DNA from: Obrimoposthia wandeli | Taxonomy: Eukaryota | Length of the DNA stretch: 64,000 nucleotides | Direction: 5' to 3' | Assembly: GCA_977020255.1 (NCBI GenBank) | Contig: CDROCS010002188.1 | Coordinates: 1 to 64,000, forward strand | Shown: piece by piece, positions 10,880 to 21,923 of the stretch | How the letters are laid out: every line of letters begins with the position of its first letter | Position numbering within the stretch: position 1 is the stretch's first letter | Position numbers and translations under genes: made by a program | The notes under the pieces: generated by a model | Databases searched by the model: none | What the model saw: the letters and a program-made list of their open reading frames with translations, nothing else | What the model was told of the DNA's origin: nothing

Positions 10880-11200
10880 CAAGAAAGTGAAAAAAATTGA
10901 ATGGAAAGCGTCTGGACAGAAAGAAACAGAGAAGTTGAGAAATATGCAAAAGCTACAAAATCTATTTTGGATTTAGTTGAGATGTATTTTAAACCAAAGC
11001 CGGTTGCTGTATCATTTGATGATATAGCCGTTCATTCTGTTTCTGATTCATATGCTTATATAGCTTATTTTTGTTAAAATGTTGTTCACAATGCTAAAGT
11101 TCTCCTCTACCAAGATTTTGGAATTGGTAAAGAATTTGCAAATATATCTTGGGGAGATTTGATGTTCAGCAATACCAAAAAAGCCATGGTTATGTACAGA
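10880..11200 (+). mobile_element. Highly degenerate Bel/Pao RNase H remnant
   Basis: Interrupted translation VHSVSDSYAYIAY..AKVSPLPR resembles the Pao LHxFxDAS..AY..AKxKVxP..IPRLEL block. Confidence 0.35.
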
Positions 11201-11772
11201 GCTGTGGCACTAGCACCAGGTTGTAAATCTATCATTTCATTTACCAGCATATTTTTGTTTTAAATTTGCCCTAATTGTAAATTTATTTTAGTAGTCATTT
11301 CACTACTAAAATAGAAAAATGCAGGTTTTCTGACAAGTCCGACAAGGGAACGAACGATAAGATAAAATGATTTTTTAAAATTTGTTTTGAACTCTTACAC
11401 TGGTAATCGTGTAACAAAAGCTTGATTCTTCGATATAGTCAACTCAATTCGATTTTCTGTTTCTAAGTTTGTCTCAGTTTCTAAAGAGCAGAATAAAGCA
11501 GATATGTATTGATTTTTAATTGCTACTTTAATTTTTTCATCAGTAACAAATTGACAGATTGGTAACCAACTTTAAAACACAACATTAAGTTATTTTAGCA
11601 ATGGGTATTGTAATATTTTGACATTTCTGAAAACAAATTATAATAAAATAATAGACGAAATAGCAAACGGAATATTATAAATTTTAAATATCATTAAAAA
11701 ACATCTTAGTAATCTTTGAAAATTAATCTATAAATCAGTAACTTAATAATTTTAAAAATGTATTAGATATAT

Positions 11773-12109
11773 CAGGGCGGATCTGAGGAAGGGTGCTCGA
11801 TGAGTGCCCCTAAATTATAGTATTTTAATTTTTGGAAGCGTTAGCATTCTTATACGTCAAACCAAATACACAGCTGTGACCACACTAAAGCTAGCGATCA
11901 GTTTCCCTGACCACCAACATCATCATTAATACGAATTTATTTTGTTATTGATTTCGCACCTACCTATCTGTTTTTCTGTGCTTATATGAAACAAAATGAT
12001 GATATAACTATCAACGCATTCTATATAGGTGACAAATAATTGTGGAACTCAATTTTTGTCCAGTTAGGCGCCTATCTTACAGTCAACTAAAAATCCAGGA
12101 TCCACCCTG
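11773..12109. mobile_element. Small hAT-like MITE (337 bp)
   Basis: Terminal inverted repeats CAGGGCGGATC / GATCCACCCTG; no clean 8-bp TSD. Confidence 0.45.
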
Positions 12110-14076
12110 TAAATGTAGATATAAAACCAAATTAAAAATTCAATTTATTTAGAAAAAATAACTAACTTATATCATGAAATATCGAAATTCCATTTCAAAG
12201 TCTCACAGTCTATTAATTAAATATATAGATCAGGTTTATAAAGAAAAATATAAATCATAATATTTCAATTGTATAAATCGATTTTTACTCACAAAAATAA
12301 TAATTAAGCTATTTTTTGATTCTTTATTTTGATTTTTAAATTCATAAATTCATTTCAAATATTTTTTTGGTATTTGAATTTTATAATTATTAAAATAATT
12401 ATAAGAAAACACATTGAATTAACTTAAAACGTCATAATATTTTTTTCTTTTAATTTAATTTATTCAGAAATTTCAAAATATTACAATAACTTTTGTTAAA
12501 ATAACATAATAAATTTGCAAATAGGATATTTATTACAAAAATAGTTAATTCTATATTTTTATGCATTTTAATTTATTTTTTCATCAAATTATTTTTTTCT
12601 TAATTCCAAACTTAAATGATAGATTCTTAAATATATTTAGAATGAATCGTTTGCCTAAAAGCATAATTATTTTGAGCTCGTACAAAAAATCCTTTGGATG
12701 TTTATTATTTTGCCATTCTCGTTCTTAAAGCAAAATTTTATAAGAAATAGAAGTTGGCAGTCTATCTTAAGGATAGTAAGGAAAGTATCTGCAAACATCA
12801 ATAACCTTTCACAGGTGAATGTGTAAGCCAAAGTCTTGTTTAGGGTGTAAATCTTGATAGGTTTCTTCGACGAGAATAATTTAAAACTAGAATGATACGC
12901 TTTTATTTTTTGTGTTTTATTTGTGTATTGTAGTAGCTAAAATAAATTTAAATGTTTCTTTCAAGTTTTTAAATAATTAGACTTGGAAATTATTAAAATA
13001 TCTAATTACAAACTTATCATTTTAAGTAGAAGAAAATTATTTCCCTTATTTAAAAACGAATACAAATTCTAAAAATGAACAGTAAAATAGAAATTACTTT
13101 AGGAAAGCTTTTTATAGGCATTATAATAATATGTAAACTGAAAATGATGTAAAATAATAAGATTTAAGAATTAATAATTTCTAAATAAATATTAGTTTCG
13201 GGAATTTCATTTTATTTTAATTATTTCTTTTATTTTTGGGTTTAAAAAATTTATCACATTTTATATATTTGGCATAAACGAATTAAGCCATATTAAACCT
13301 AAAAGTATTATCATTTTTCGAGTACTGATTGATAAATATAAGAGGATATCATACATATATTTTGTAGATAGTAATGATGAAATAATTCTTTAATCTCAGC
13401 TTAGCTTTGAAGGTTCTGTAGTTTTAAGTTGTGATATTAGTACCTAGACAAGACAGGCACATTTCAAAGAGGCATCTTGCTTGTTTTGATGCTAAACTGA
13501 AGCTCACGTTTCTATGACAACAAAGTGGTAAATGTATTTAATTTATAGGAACTGTTTTATATCGAATATAAAAAAGGGTGGTGAAATAGAAAAATTAAAC
13601 AGTTTTCAAATATCCAGAGAATTACCGCGAGTGCTTGATAGCCAAAAATATATTAAAATATTTAAATACACAATTTACTATTGAATTATAATATAAACAA
13701 TCGTATTCAGTAAGTGATAAATGTACAAATCATTAAAATTATGATTACTAGGTAAACTATTCGAAATGTTGTAAAATAAAGAAATAAGTTAAAAATATTC
13801 ATAGTTGAACAACTCATAACTGAAATTTACATTAGTTTAGTATTGTATTATATCAATCATATACCTATACGTTTTAAATAAAGTTACTTAAAAAAAACTA
13901 TTGATTTTAAGTATTTCATGTTAAACATTGGTTTTAAAGAAGAATTTAGCATTGTAATATCATAAATTTAATTTAATTTATCTACTTTTATTTATTTATT
14001 TATTATTTGATAATTAACTTTATATGGCTTTTAATTATTGAAATATCTACAAATTTTGTACAAGTACACAAGTTCG

Positions 14077-14665
14077 AATAACTTACAACATATTAAATTG
14101 AAAATATGCAAAAATATATCATGTTTACAAGTAAATTTATTGTACAAATCATTAATATTATGATTATTAAGTAAACTACTTGAAGATTTTGTTGAAAATT
14201 ATATTAAAGTAATAACTTACAACATATTAAAGTGAATATATGCATAAATATATTATGCATACAATTAAATTTATTGTACAAAACATTAAACTTATGATTA
14301 ATAAGTAAACTACTTGAATTTTTTGTTGAAAATTATATTAAAGTAATAACTTACAACATATTAAATTGAAAATATGCAAACAAAAATATTATGTTTACAA
14401 GTCAATTTATTGTACAAATCATTAATATTATGATTATTAAGTAAACTACTTGAAGTTTTTGTTGAAAATTATATTAAAGTAATAACTTACAATAAATTAA
14501 ATTGAAAATATATATGCAAAAAATATATTATGTTTACAAGTAAATTTATAGTAAACGACAGTAAAATATCAATTACTTTTTATGTAATGGAAAATTACAG
14601 TAATAATTTACAATATATTAAACTAAATATATGCAAAATTATATTATGTTTACAAGTCAATTTTC
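14077..14665. repeat. Tandem repeat, about 134-bp unit, about 4.5 copies
   Basis: AATAACTTACAA anchors at 14077, 14211, 14345, 14481 and degenerate at 14602. Confidence 0.9.
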
Positions 14666-15760
14666 GAATGTCTAGTAAACAAAACTAAATAACTCGAAAG
14701 AACTTTTACTATTTGAAAGAATACATTTAATAGTACTTTATATTTGAAATTTATATTATAGACAGTCGGTGGGGTACAGCTACTAACTTTATAATTAAAA
14801 TATTTTTAATAGTTTAAAAATAAAATCACTTGATAAAATACCACAATAATGTGGTAAAGAAATATTATATAACATATAAAAAGAATTTTTGAAGAAATAA
14901 TTGAATATTCATATTATATTGATAAGAGAATGGCAAAAATATCAAGTAATTAAAAAAAAATAAAATTGTTTGTTGAGTTAATTTACTAAATTTGTATATA
15001 AATATATTTTCGAATAGTTAAAAAGAGAAACGAATAATGATAATTTCAATTATATTTACGAATATAATTTTATAATCAAGTTATTTAAAAATAAAGAATT
15101 TAAATTTATCTAATTATTTTAAAATATTTCAATTAAGGAATGTTATTAAACGAGATATACATTTTAATTAATTAATTGCATGAGTATGTATGAAAGGTTA
15201 ACTTTAACATGGAGGTAAACTATGTGAAAATATGAAAGTTCACATCTTAATTATTATAACTTCATCAGGTTGTTACATCATCTTCATTGATTGATAGTAT
15301 TAATTTAATAATTAGCTAGTACTCACTTGCATTTTTAGATTCACTTGCAAAGATTCTTACTTGTATTTGCATTCATACTTGCATTCACTTACATTCATTC
15401 TAACTCTCATATATTTAAACTAGCATTCAAATTCATTAATATATTTACTAATTTTCATTCATAATTGACATTTGTACTTGCAGTCGTATTCTTTCTTACT
15501 TGTACTTGTAGATGCATTCAATCATACTTGCATTCATTTACATTCAATCTAACTGTAATTTATTCAAACTATCATTCAATTACATTCAAATACATTAATA
15601 TTTTACTAATTTTCATTCATACCTTCAAACTTAGTGTTGTTTTCTATTAATCTTGCATTAACTTAGTCGTTCTAACTTTTAACATACTTCAGTTTCCCTG
15701 ATTTTTTATAGTTGCTTACTTGTTATTAATCTAACTGTAACTTAACATAACTTTATTCAT

Positions 15761-16330
15761 ACGAAAACTCTATTTTAATTTACTTATAGTCTAAATTACA
15801 CTCGCATTCAATCAAACTATCGACACTCTTATTTATTTATTTTTTTCAATTACATTCACTTGCTAAGACTCTTGCTTGTATTTGCATTCACTTGCATTCA
15901 TACTTGCATTCATTTACATTCAATCTAACTATAATTTATTCAACGAAAACTCTATTTTAATTTACTTATAGTCTAAATTACACTCGAATTCAATCAAATT
16001 ATCGACACTCTTATTTTTCAATTACATTCACTTGCTAAGACTCTTGATTGTATTTGCATTCACTTGCATTCATACTTGCATTCATTTACATTCAATCTAA
16101 CTATAATTTATTCAACGAAAACTCTATTTTAATTTACTTATAGTCTAAATTACACTTGTATTCAATCAAACTATCGACACCCTCTTTTTTAAATTACATT
16201 CACTTGCTAAGACTCTTACTTGTATTGACATTCATACTAGCATTCACTTGCATTCATACTTGCATTCATTTGCATTCAATCTAACTCTCATTTATTCAAA
16301 CTATCATTCAAATATTCAAATAAATTAATA
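15761..16330. repeat. Tandem repeat, about 172-182-bp unit, about 3 copies, built from CTTGCATTCA sub-repeats
   Basis: ACGAAAACTCTATTTTAATTTACTTATAGTCTAAATTACAC recurs three times; degenerate precursors at 15300-15760; related to the 61650-63494 array. Confidence 0.88.
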
Positions 16331-16407
16331 TTTTACTAATTTTCATTCATAGCGTTAAACTTAGTGTTGTTGTTGTTTTGTTTTTTTTCCGTTGTAACTT
16401 AGTCGTT

Positions 16408-16509
16408 GAAAAGAAAAGAATGTATAAAGAATGGACTTTCTTACTTTGTAAATGTTATTCACTTAAGTTTGAAGATGATATTATGAAATTACATAATAAA
16501 TGTGTTTAA
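16408..16509 (+). pseudogene. polB: Short polB C-terminal remnant inside element X
   Basis: EKKRMYKEWTFLLCKCYSLKFEDD aligns with FLSCKCSPIKFEDD (17860 region) and FLRHKCYSL (polB A). Confidence 0.65.
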
Positions 16510-16629
16510 TTTTGTATTATTATATGACTTCTTTCTTATTTTATTTTTTTATTTTAATATATAATTTAAGTTATTTAAAGAAATTTTATCTTAATTCTAT
16601 AGATGTATAAGCCTAGGAAAAAATTTTGA

Positions 16630-17480
16630 TCTAAACTTTCACATAGAATAGTGTGTGTGTTAAAAACCACATTCCTTAACTGATAAGAGTGAACTTTAGA
16701 CTAAATTTTCACATAGAATAGTGTGTGTATGATTACGTAATACATTCCTTAACTTTTAAGAGTGAACTTTCACATAGAATAATTGATTGAATACTATATA
16801 ATTTCTTAATTTATGCCAAATCTGACCCTTAACTTGTGAACGACCATAAAATTTTTACATGAATAACCTCGTAATATGTTGACAAATACAACCATGTACT
16901 TGAAACTATGAAATTCCAACTTTTTTTAAACCCTTCATCTATGGACGACCATACATATATGGATGAATTCGTCTTCTAAAGATGATTACAACCATGTATT
17001 CAAACCTTGACATTTAAAACTAGATTTGGTCTATAGCTCGACCCTTTGATTTATGGACAGTCATACTTTATGGGTGACTTCGTCTTCTAAAGATGATTAC
17101 AACCATGTACTAAAACCTTGATATTTAAAAAAAAAATTTTAGCTCGACCCTTTGACCTATGGACGACCACAACCCTTTAGATGTGCCGCCCAACCATAGT
17201 TGACCTTAATTATACTTTCAAAGTTTCAAGTCAAAACTGAGTCTGACCCTTTGATTTATGGACGACCACAACCCTTTAGATGTGATGGCCAACCAAAGTT
17301 GACCTTAATTATACCTTCAAAGTTTCAAGTCAAAACTGACCTTGACCCTTTGATTTTTGGACGACCATGACCCTTTAGATATGTTGGTTGACCATAGACG
17401 GTCATGACCATACCTTAAAACCTTCAAGTCAAAACTGACCTTGACCCTTTGAATTATGGACGACTACAACCCTTTAGTGG
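16630..17480. repeat. Polinton subterminal arm: about 70-bp repeats (x3) grading into 99-bp repeats (x4-5)
   Basis: TTCACATAGAATA at 16638/16708/16769; GACCCTTTGA at 17040/17146/17245/17344/17443. Confidence 0.88.
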
Positions 17481-17488
17481 TATACCAA

Positions 17489-17673
17489 AGAAGGTTGGAG
17501 ACTAAGCCACTTAACCCTTCCCCCTCCCCCCTATCATAAACTTTCTGAGCCAGACCCTTATGGTGTGGCAAGACACCCTTATGGTGTGACACCCTTATGT
17601 TGAAAATCCTTTAAAATTGTGTGCGCACAAGGGGGGGCGGTCAAGTGGCTTAGACTCCATCCTTCTACCTACT
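17489..17673. repeat. Terminal inverted repeat of element X with an internal 28-bp inverted copy of the terminal motif
   Basis: 17489-17516 is the reverse complement of 17639-17666 with 3 mismatches; terminus reads AGTAGGTAG from outside in. Confidence 0.85.
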
Positions 17674-17962
17674 TTGGAGATACTGATTCATTTTTTTTAG
17701 AATGCAAAGGTGTTAATTAAGAAATCAGTTGTTACCTCAAATGATTGCAGATGGAGCATTATTTACGTCAAATTATAATGTGAATGCTCAATTATATTCT
17801 AATGAATTTAATAGTAAAATAGGATTATTTAAAGATGAATCGAAAGAAAGAATGGATTTCTTATCTTGTAAATGTTCCCCAATTAAGTTTGAAGATGACT
17901 TTGAAAATAATAAAGCAAAATGAGTAAATCTTAAACGATCAACAGTTGTACACCAAACATAT
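17674..17962 (+). pseudogene. polB: 3' half of a split polB (element P)
   Basis: Starts at the TSD and reads G-D-T-D-S-F-F-L-E-C-K, later IGLFKDES and KCSPIKFEDD..KAK; truncated near 17962. Confidence 0.9.
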
Positions 17963-18700
17963 TCTGGGAAAACTTTTATCTAAATTTTCACATAGCATAG
18001 TGTGTATTATTACATAATACATTCCTTACGTGATAAGAGTGAAGTTTGACCTAAATTTTCACATAGAATAGTGTGTGTATTATTACGTACTACATTCCTT
18101 AACTGATAAGAGGGAAATTTGATTAAATTTTCACATAGAATAATTGATTGATTACTATAGGATTCCTTAACTTATGCCAAATCTAAACATTAACTTGTAA
18201 ACGACCATAAAATTTTTACATGATTAAACTCATAATATGTTGAAAATCACAACCATGTACTAAAAACTTTGAAATTCCAACATTTTTTAACCCTTTCTTT
18301 TATTGTCAACCATAACTTTATGGATGAATTCGCCTTCTAAAGATGATTCCAACCATTTACTAAAACCTTGATATTTTAAACTTGATTTTGTCTTTAGCCC
18401 GACCCCTTGATTTATGGACGACCATAACCCTTTAGATGTGTTGATCAACCATATTAAACCACAATTATACTTTCAAACCTTCAAGTCAAAACTGATCCCG
18501 ACCCTTTCATCTATGGGCGACCACAACCCTTTAGATGTGATGGCCAGCCATAGTAAACCCCAATTATACCTTCAAACCTTCAAGTCAAAACTGACCCCGA
18601 CCCTTTCATATATGGACGACCACAACCCCTGGGGTATGTTGGCCGACCATAGAGGATCACAACCATACCTTCAAACCTTCATAACCATATGGATATGAGC
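17963..18700. repeat. Second copy of the subterminal arm (70-bp and 99-bp repeats), terminus missing
   Basis: Colinear with 16600-17450; TTCACATAG at 17987/18058/18130; 99-bp units at 18410-18690. Confidence 0.88.
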
Positions 18701-18823
18701 ACATTCAATTTTTCACATAAATAGCTTTGTACCAATTTCATCCTTCTTGTAACCATACAATCGAATTGTTACAGTTCATTGCTTCTTTTTTGGAAACGCA
18801 TCAACATCTATTTATCTTCTATA

Positions 18824-19162
18824 TTAATCTAAAAATGCTGTATCAGCTCTGCAGAAATAAAATTCGTCATTGTTGAATGTAAAACTTGGAACTGCCTTTT
18901 TAACTTTCTGTTTAAGATATTGAAAGTCTGGGTTTTGAATATTTGATAGATAATAGTGATACTTTCTTTTTTCAATTGTAACATGATTTACTAAAGCAAT
19001 CAGTTGAGCCTTCTTCAAGAATCTGAATTTGTATTTGAAGTATTGTTTCACTTCTTCATATATATTCTTATCTGAATCTTCAAACATTTCTAAACCTTTA
19101 TCATCACTCAATATCTGTTGGCCATCTTCCATCACTGATAATTGTTTTTGAAATGAATGCAT
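18824..19162 (-). other. Orphan 112-aa ORF at the rearrangement junction, function unknown
   Basis: ORF track only; no motif recognised. Confidence 0.25.
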
Positions 19163-19376
19163 TTATAATGATTTGTTCTCCAATGGCTAATTTTTTTATA
19201 CTAATTTGTAACAAAGACATGAATCATCATGAATTAATATAACTACAATATTGAATTTGATTGAACTAAATCAATATTTAAAATTCAAATTGATTGTAAG
19301 AAATATATTAGATTTCAATCATCCAATTATAATAGGTTTGCAAGATATTTACAAGAAATGTGCAATAAAAAAGCAA

Positions 19377-19486
19377 GTGTGGCAAGACACCCTTATGGTG
19401 TGACACCCTTATGTTGAAAATCCTTTAACATTGTGTGCGCACAAGGGGTGGGGTCAAGTGGCTTAGACTCCATCCTTCTACCTACT
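19377..19486. repeat. Terminal 110 bp of the other TIR of element X
   Basis: Nearly identical (2-3 differences) to 17563-17673 in the same orientation; followed by CTCCAA, the reverse complement of the TSD. Confidence 0.92.
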
Positions 19487-20890
19487 CTCCAACAACTATA
19501 TTAATTGAACAATTAAATAGTGATCTATAATTTTGTAAATCATGATACTGAAGATTATACATTCCTAATTTGCTAATGTCTAGTACAGCTTGACCTATAT
19601 AGTTTGGACGATCGAGACAAATAAAATCTTTTCTTAATAAAACAGCTATTAAATTAACATGAATTTCAATTGATCGTTGAAACATAGGTTTGTTAGTATA
19701 TGTGATTACTTTTGTAGAACTAGTGCAGATGCGAAGATTCAACCGTTTCTTAACATTTTCAACGGTATTTCAATACAAACTAACATTTTTAAGTTTATAA
19801 AAAAAAATTGTTACATTTATTCGTTGCTTGATATAATATTTCTGAATTATATTCTATATATTCTGCGAATATCTTAGCCCGAGAGAAATATACTACTCGA
19901 TGAATAATTGTTATCACTGCTCCTAAATAAACATACATCTGCAATAGTCTCCAATGAATAACGTAATGACGTTTTGGCGAATGTGTCATTAAAAGTTTTT
20001 AATTTTTTTTACCAGGTGAACATTTCTTTTCTGGAGCTATATGTAGATCGTCTAAAAAGTAATGAAGGTTTTCTGGTCTACCTCCATAACATAACCATAT
20101 TCAATATGTTCCATGTTCACATTTTCATTTCATGTAATATTTCGTTTAATTTATATCATCAAGAATCCATTCAAAATCTCCTTTTGGTAAAAGTTGATCA
20201 AGAGCCCATCCATATAAATTATTAACATCTGTATATAAAAGACTCGTTTCTTCATCAGCAACTACATGATGCTTATTGAAAAATGTCATTCTTCCACGTA
20301 TACCCGAAGAAATTATGTTGTACATTTCAGGATCCAGCATCAGTTCAACTTTATGTTTTAACATTTTTAGAGCACTTGCCCAGCTCAACCCAGGAATGCT
20401 AAAAAAGTTAAGTGGTTCTAAACCATCTTCGCTGAGAGCTTTTCTTCTGAATGTTTGAAACACGTCAGCTAATAAATATACGTCAGTCTTTAAGTAAACT
20501 AATATATAATCCATCATATTTCTACAATTTGTTATTCTCCAAACATCTTGTGCATTTTGATATTCAGTGTCTTTGATTTTATCATTCCATTTTACTGATA
20601 AACTTAACTTATTCTGGAGGTCATTTAATGATGTAGCAAAATCATATGGGATTATTCCTTTACCATCAATGAGTTTAGATGGATAAACTGATCTTGTTAA
20701 TGGAATACTTGGTAATTAACTGGCTAATTTCTCCAAAGATGATTGTAAAAATAACAAAGAATCTATAAATCTCAGAGTTATTTGACCTAATCTTACAATC
20801 ATTGCTTGAAATATTTCTGTCGATTGAGGTAAATATGATGTAAATCATAACCTCTGAGATAATGAAACACAATGACAGTGGGATCAATTT
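19487..20890 (-). pseudogene. polB: 5' part of the split polB (element P)
   Basis: VFHYLRGYDLHHI, RFIDS, KTDVYLLADVF, YTDVNNLYGWA, FYKLKN, PNYIGQAVLDISK..MY; ends IVVG at the TSD; several frameshifts. Confidence 0.93.
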
Positions 20891-21259
20891 CCATGGCCAG
20901 GATCTCCTTGCTGCTACTGCCGAAGTTGCTGGACGAACAGCTTCTATGTTTTGCCTGAGAGTACAGTCTCCCCAATTCTCCATCGAATCCTGACTTGTCA
21001 GGTCAATATATTGGGATCTCTGTACCCCGCCTCTCACGTCCATTGGTTCTTCTCTTGGAGTTGAGCTGGCCAATGGGGCTTCTTCTTCCAGCAGGTCCGC
21101 TCTTGCTGCTGCTTCTCCTTCGCTCACCACCGATGAGTCTTGACTATGTAATTCAATGTATTGCGACGGTGGTGGCGTTAGCTGCTGCACTGGATAGAGA
21201 TCCCCATAAAGTTGAACTTCCGTCTCTTCGTCTAGATCAACGTTGTTGTAGAATGGCAT
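20890..21259 (-). CDS. Acidic, predicted disordered ORF upstream of polB (separate gene or polB N-terminus)
   Basis: ATG at 21259 (MPFYNN); internal repeat SQYIELHSQDS / SQYIDLTSQDS; GC-rich; joins polB sequence out of frame near 20890. Confidence 0.5.
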
Positions 21260-21289
21260 TGTTGATTTATGAAAAATAATGAACGGAGG

Positions 21290-21345
21290 TGTCTTTTTAT
21301 ACACGAACATCTTACTAACCCTCTTTTATTGTCCAATCAGAGCCT
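21290..21345 (-). promoter_or_regulatory. Candidate Pol II promoter (CCAAT box plus TATAAAA)
   Basis: Minus strand CTGATTGGAC near 21335 and GTATAAAAAG near 21300, about 40 nt before the ATG at 21259. Confidence 0.45.
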
Positions 21346-21470
21346 ATTATTTATATAATTTATTTTTGTAATGTTTTTCGTTCCTGGAGATCAAGAATGA
21401 AGCCCGCCCGAAGGGGCGGGTTGTGTATGTTAGGGGCTGGAGTGTGACACGGGTCGTCTACATGTGTAGT

Positions 21471-21870
21471 CACCAACACCCACCGACTTTCACCCACCAC
21501 CCAACACCCACCACCTACCACCCACCACCCAACACCCAACATCCAAAACCCAACACCCACCGACTTTCACCCATCTCCCAACGACTTTCACCCAACACCC
21601 AACACCCACCGACTTACACCCACCACCCAACACCTACCTACTTACACCCATCACCCAACGACTTACACCCATCACCCAACACCCACCGACTTTTACCCAC
21701 CACCAAACACCCACGGACTTTCACCCACCACCCACACCCAACGAATTTCACCCAACACCCACCGACTTTCACCCACCACCCAACACCCACCGACTTTCAC
21801 CCACCACCCAACGACTTACACCCATCACCCAACACCCATCGACTTTCACTCAACACCCACCGACTTTCAT
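21471..21870. repeat. C/A-rich composite minisatellite (ACCCAACACCCACCGACTTTC-type units)
   Basis: Direct reading; source of the His/Pro/Thr ORF at 21423-21971. Confidence 0.92.
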
Positions 21871-21879
21871 CCAAGGACA

Positions 21880-21923
21880 GAGGGGGGAGGGGGTGTGGAT
21901 TAGACCGGACACATCCACCTACT
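21880..21923. repeat. Second type of Polinton terminus
   Basis: Reverse complement AGTAGGTGGATGTGTCCGGTCTAATCCACACCCCC resembles but differs from the X terminus AGTAGGTAGAAGGATGGAGTCTAAGCCAC. Confidence 0.7.

Larger units (their letters stand above)
13640..17673 (+). mobile_element. Non-autonomous Polinton-derived element X (right end intact, left boundary approximate)
   Basis: Ends ..CCATCCTTCTACCTACT followed by 6-bp TSD TTGGAG; contains a polB remnant and several tandem repeat families; colinear in reverse complement with 60920-64000. Confidence 0.8.

Noticed and set aside
20675-21310. 211-aa ORF as one real protein
   Set aside because: Its second half is an out-of-frame reading of polB; only the part from ATG 21259 to about 20890 is treated as a candidate.
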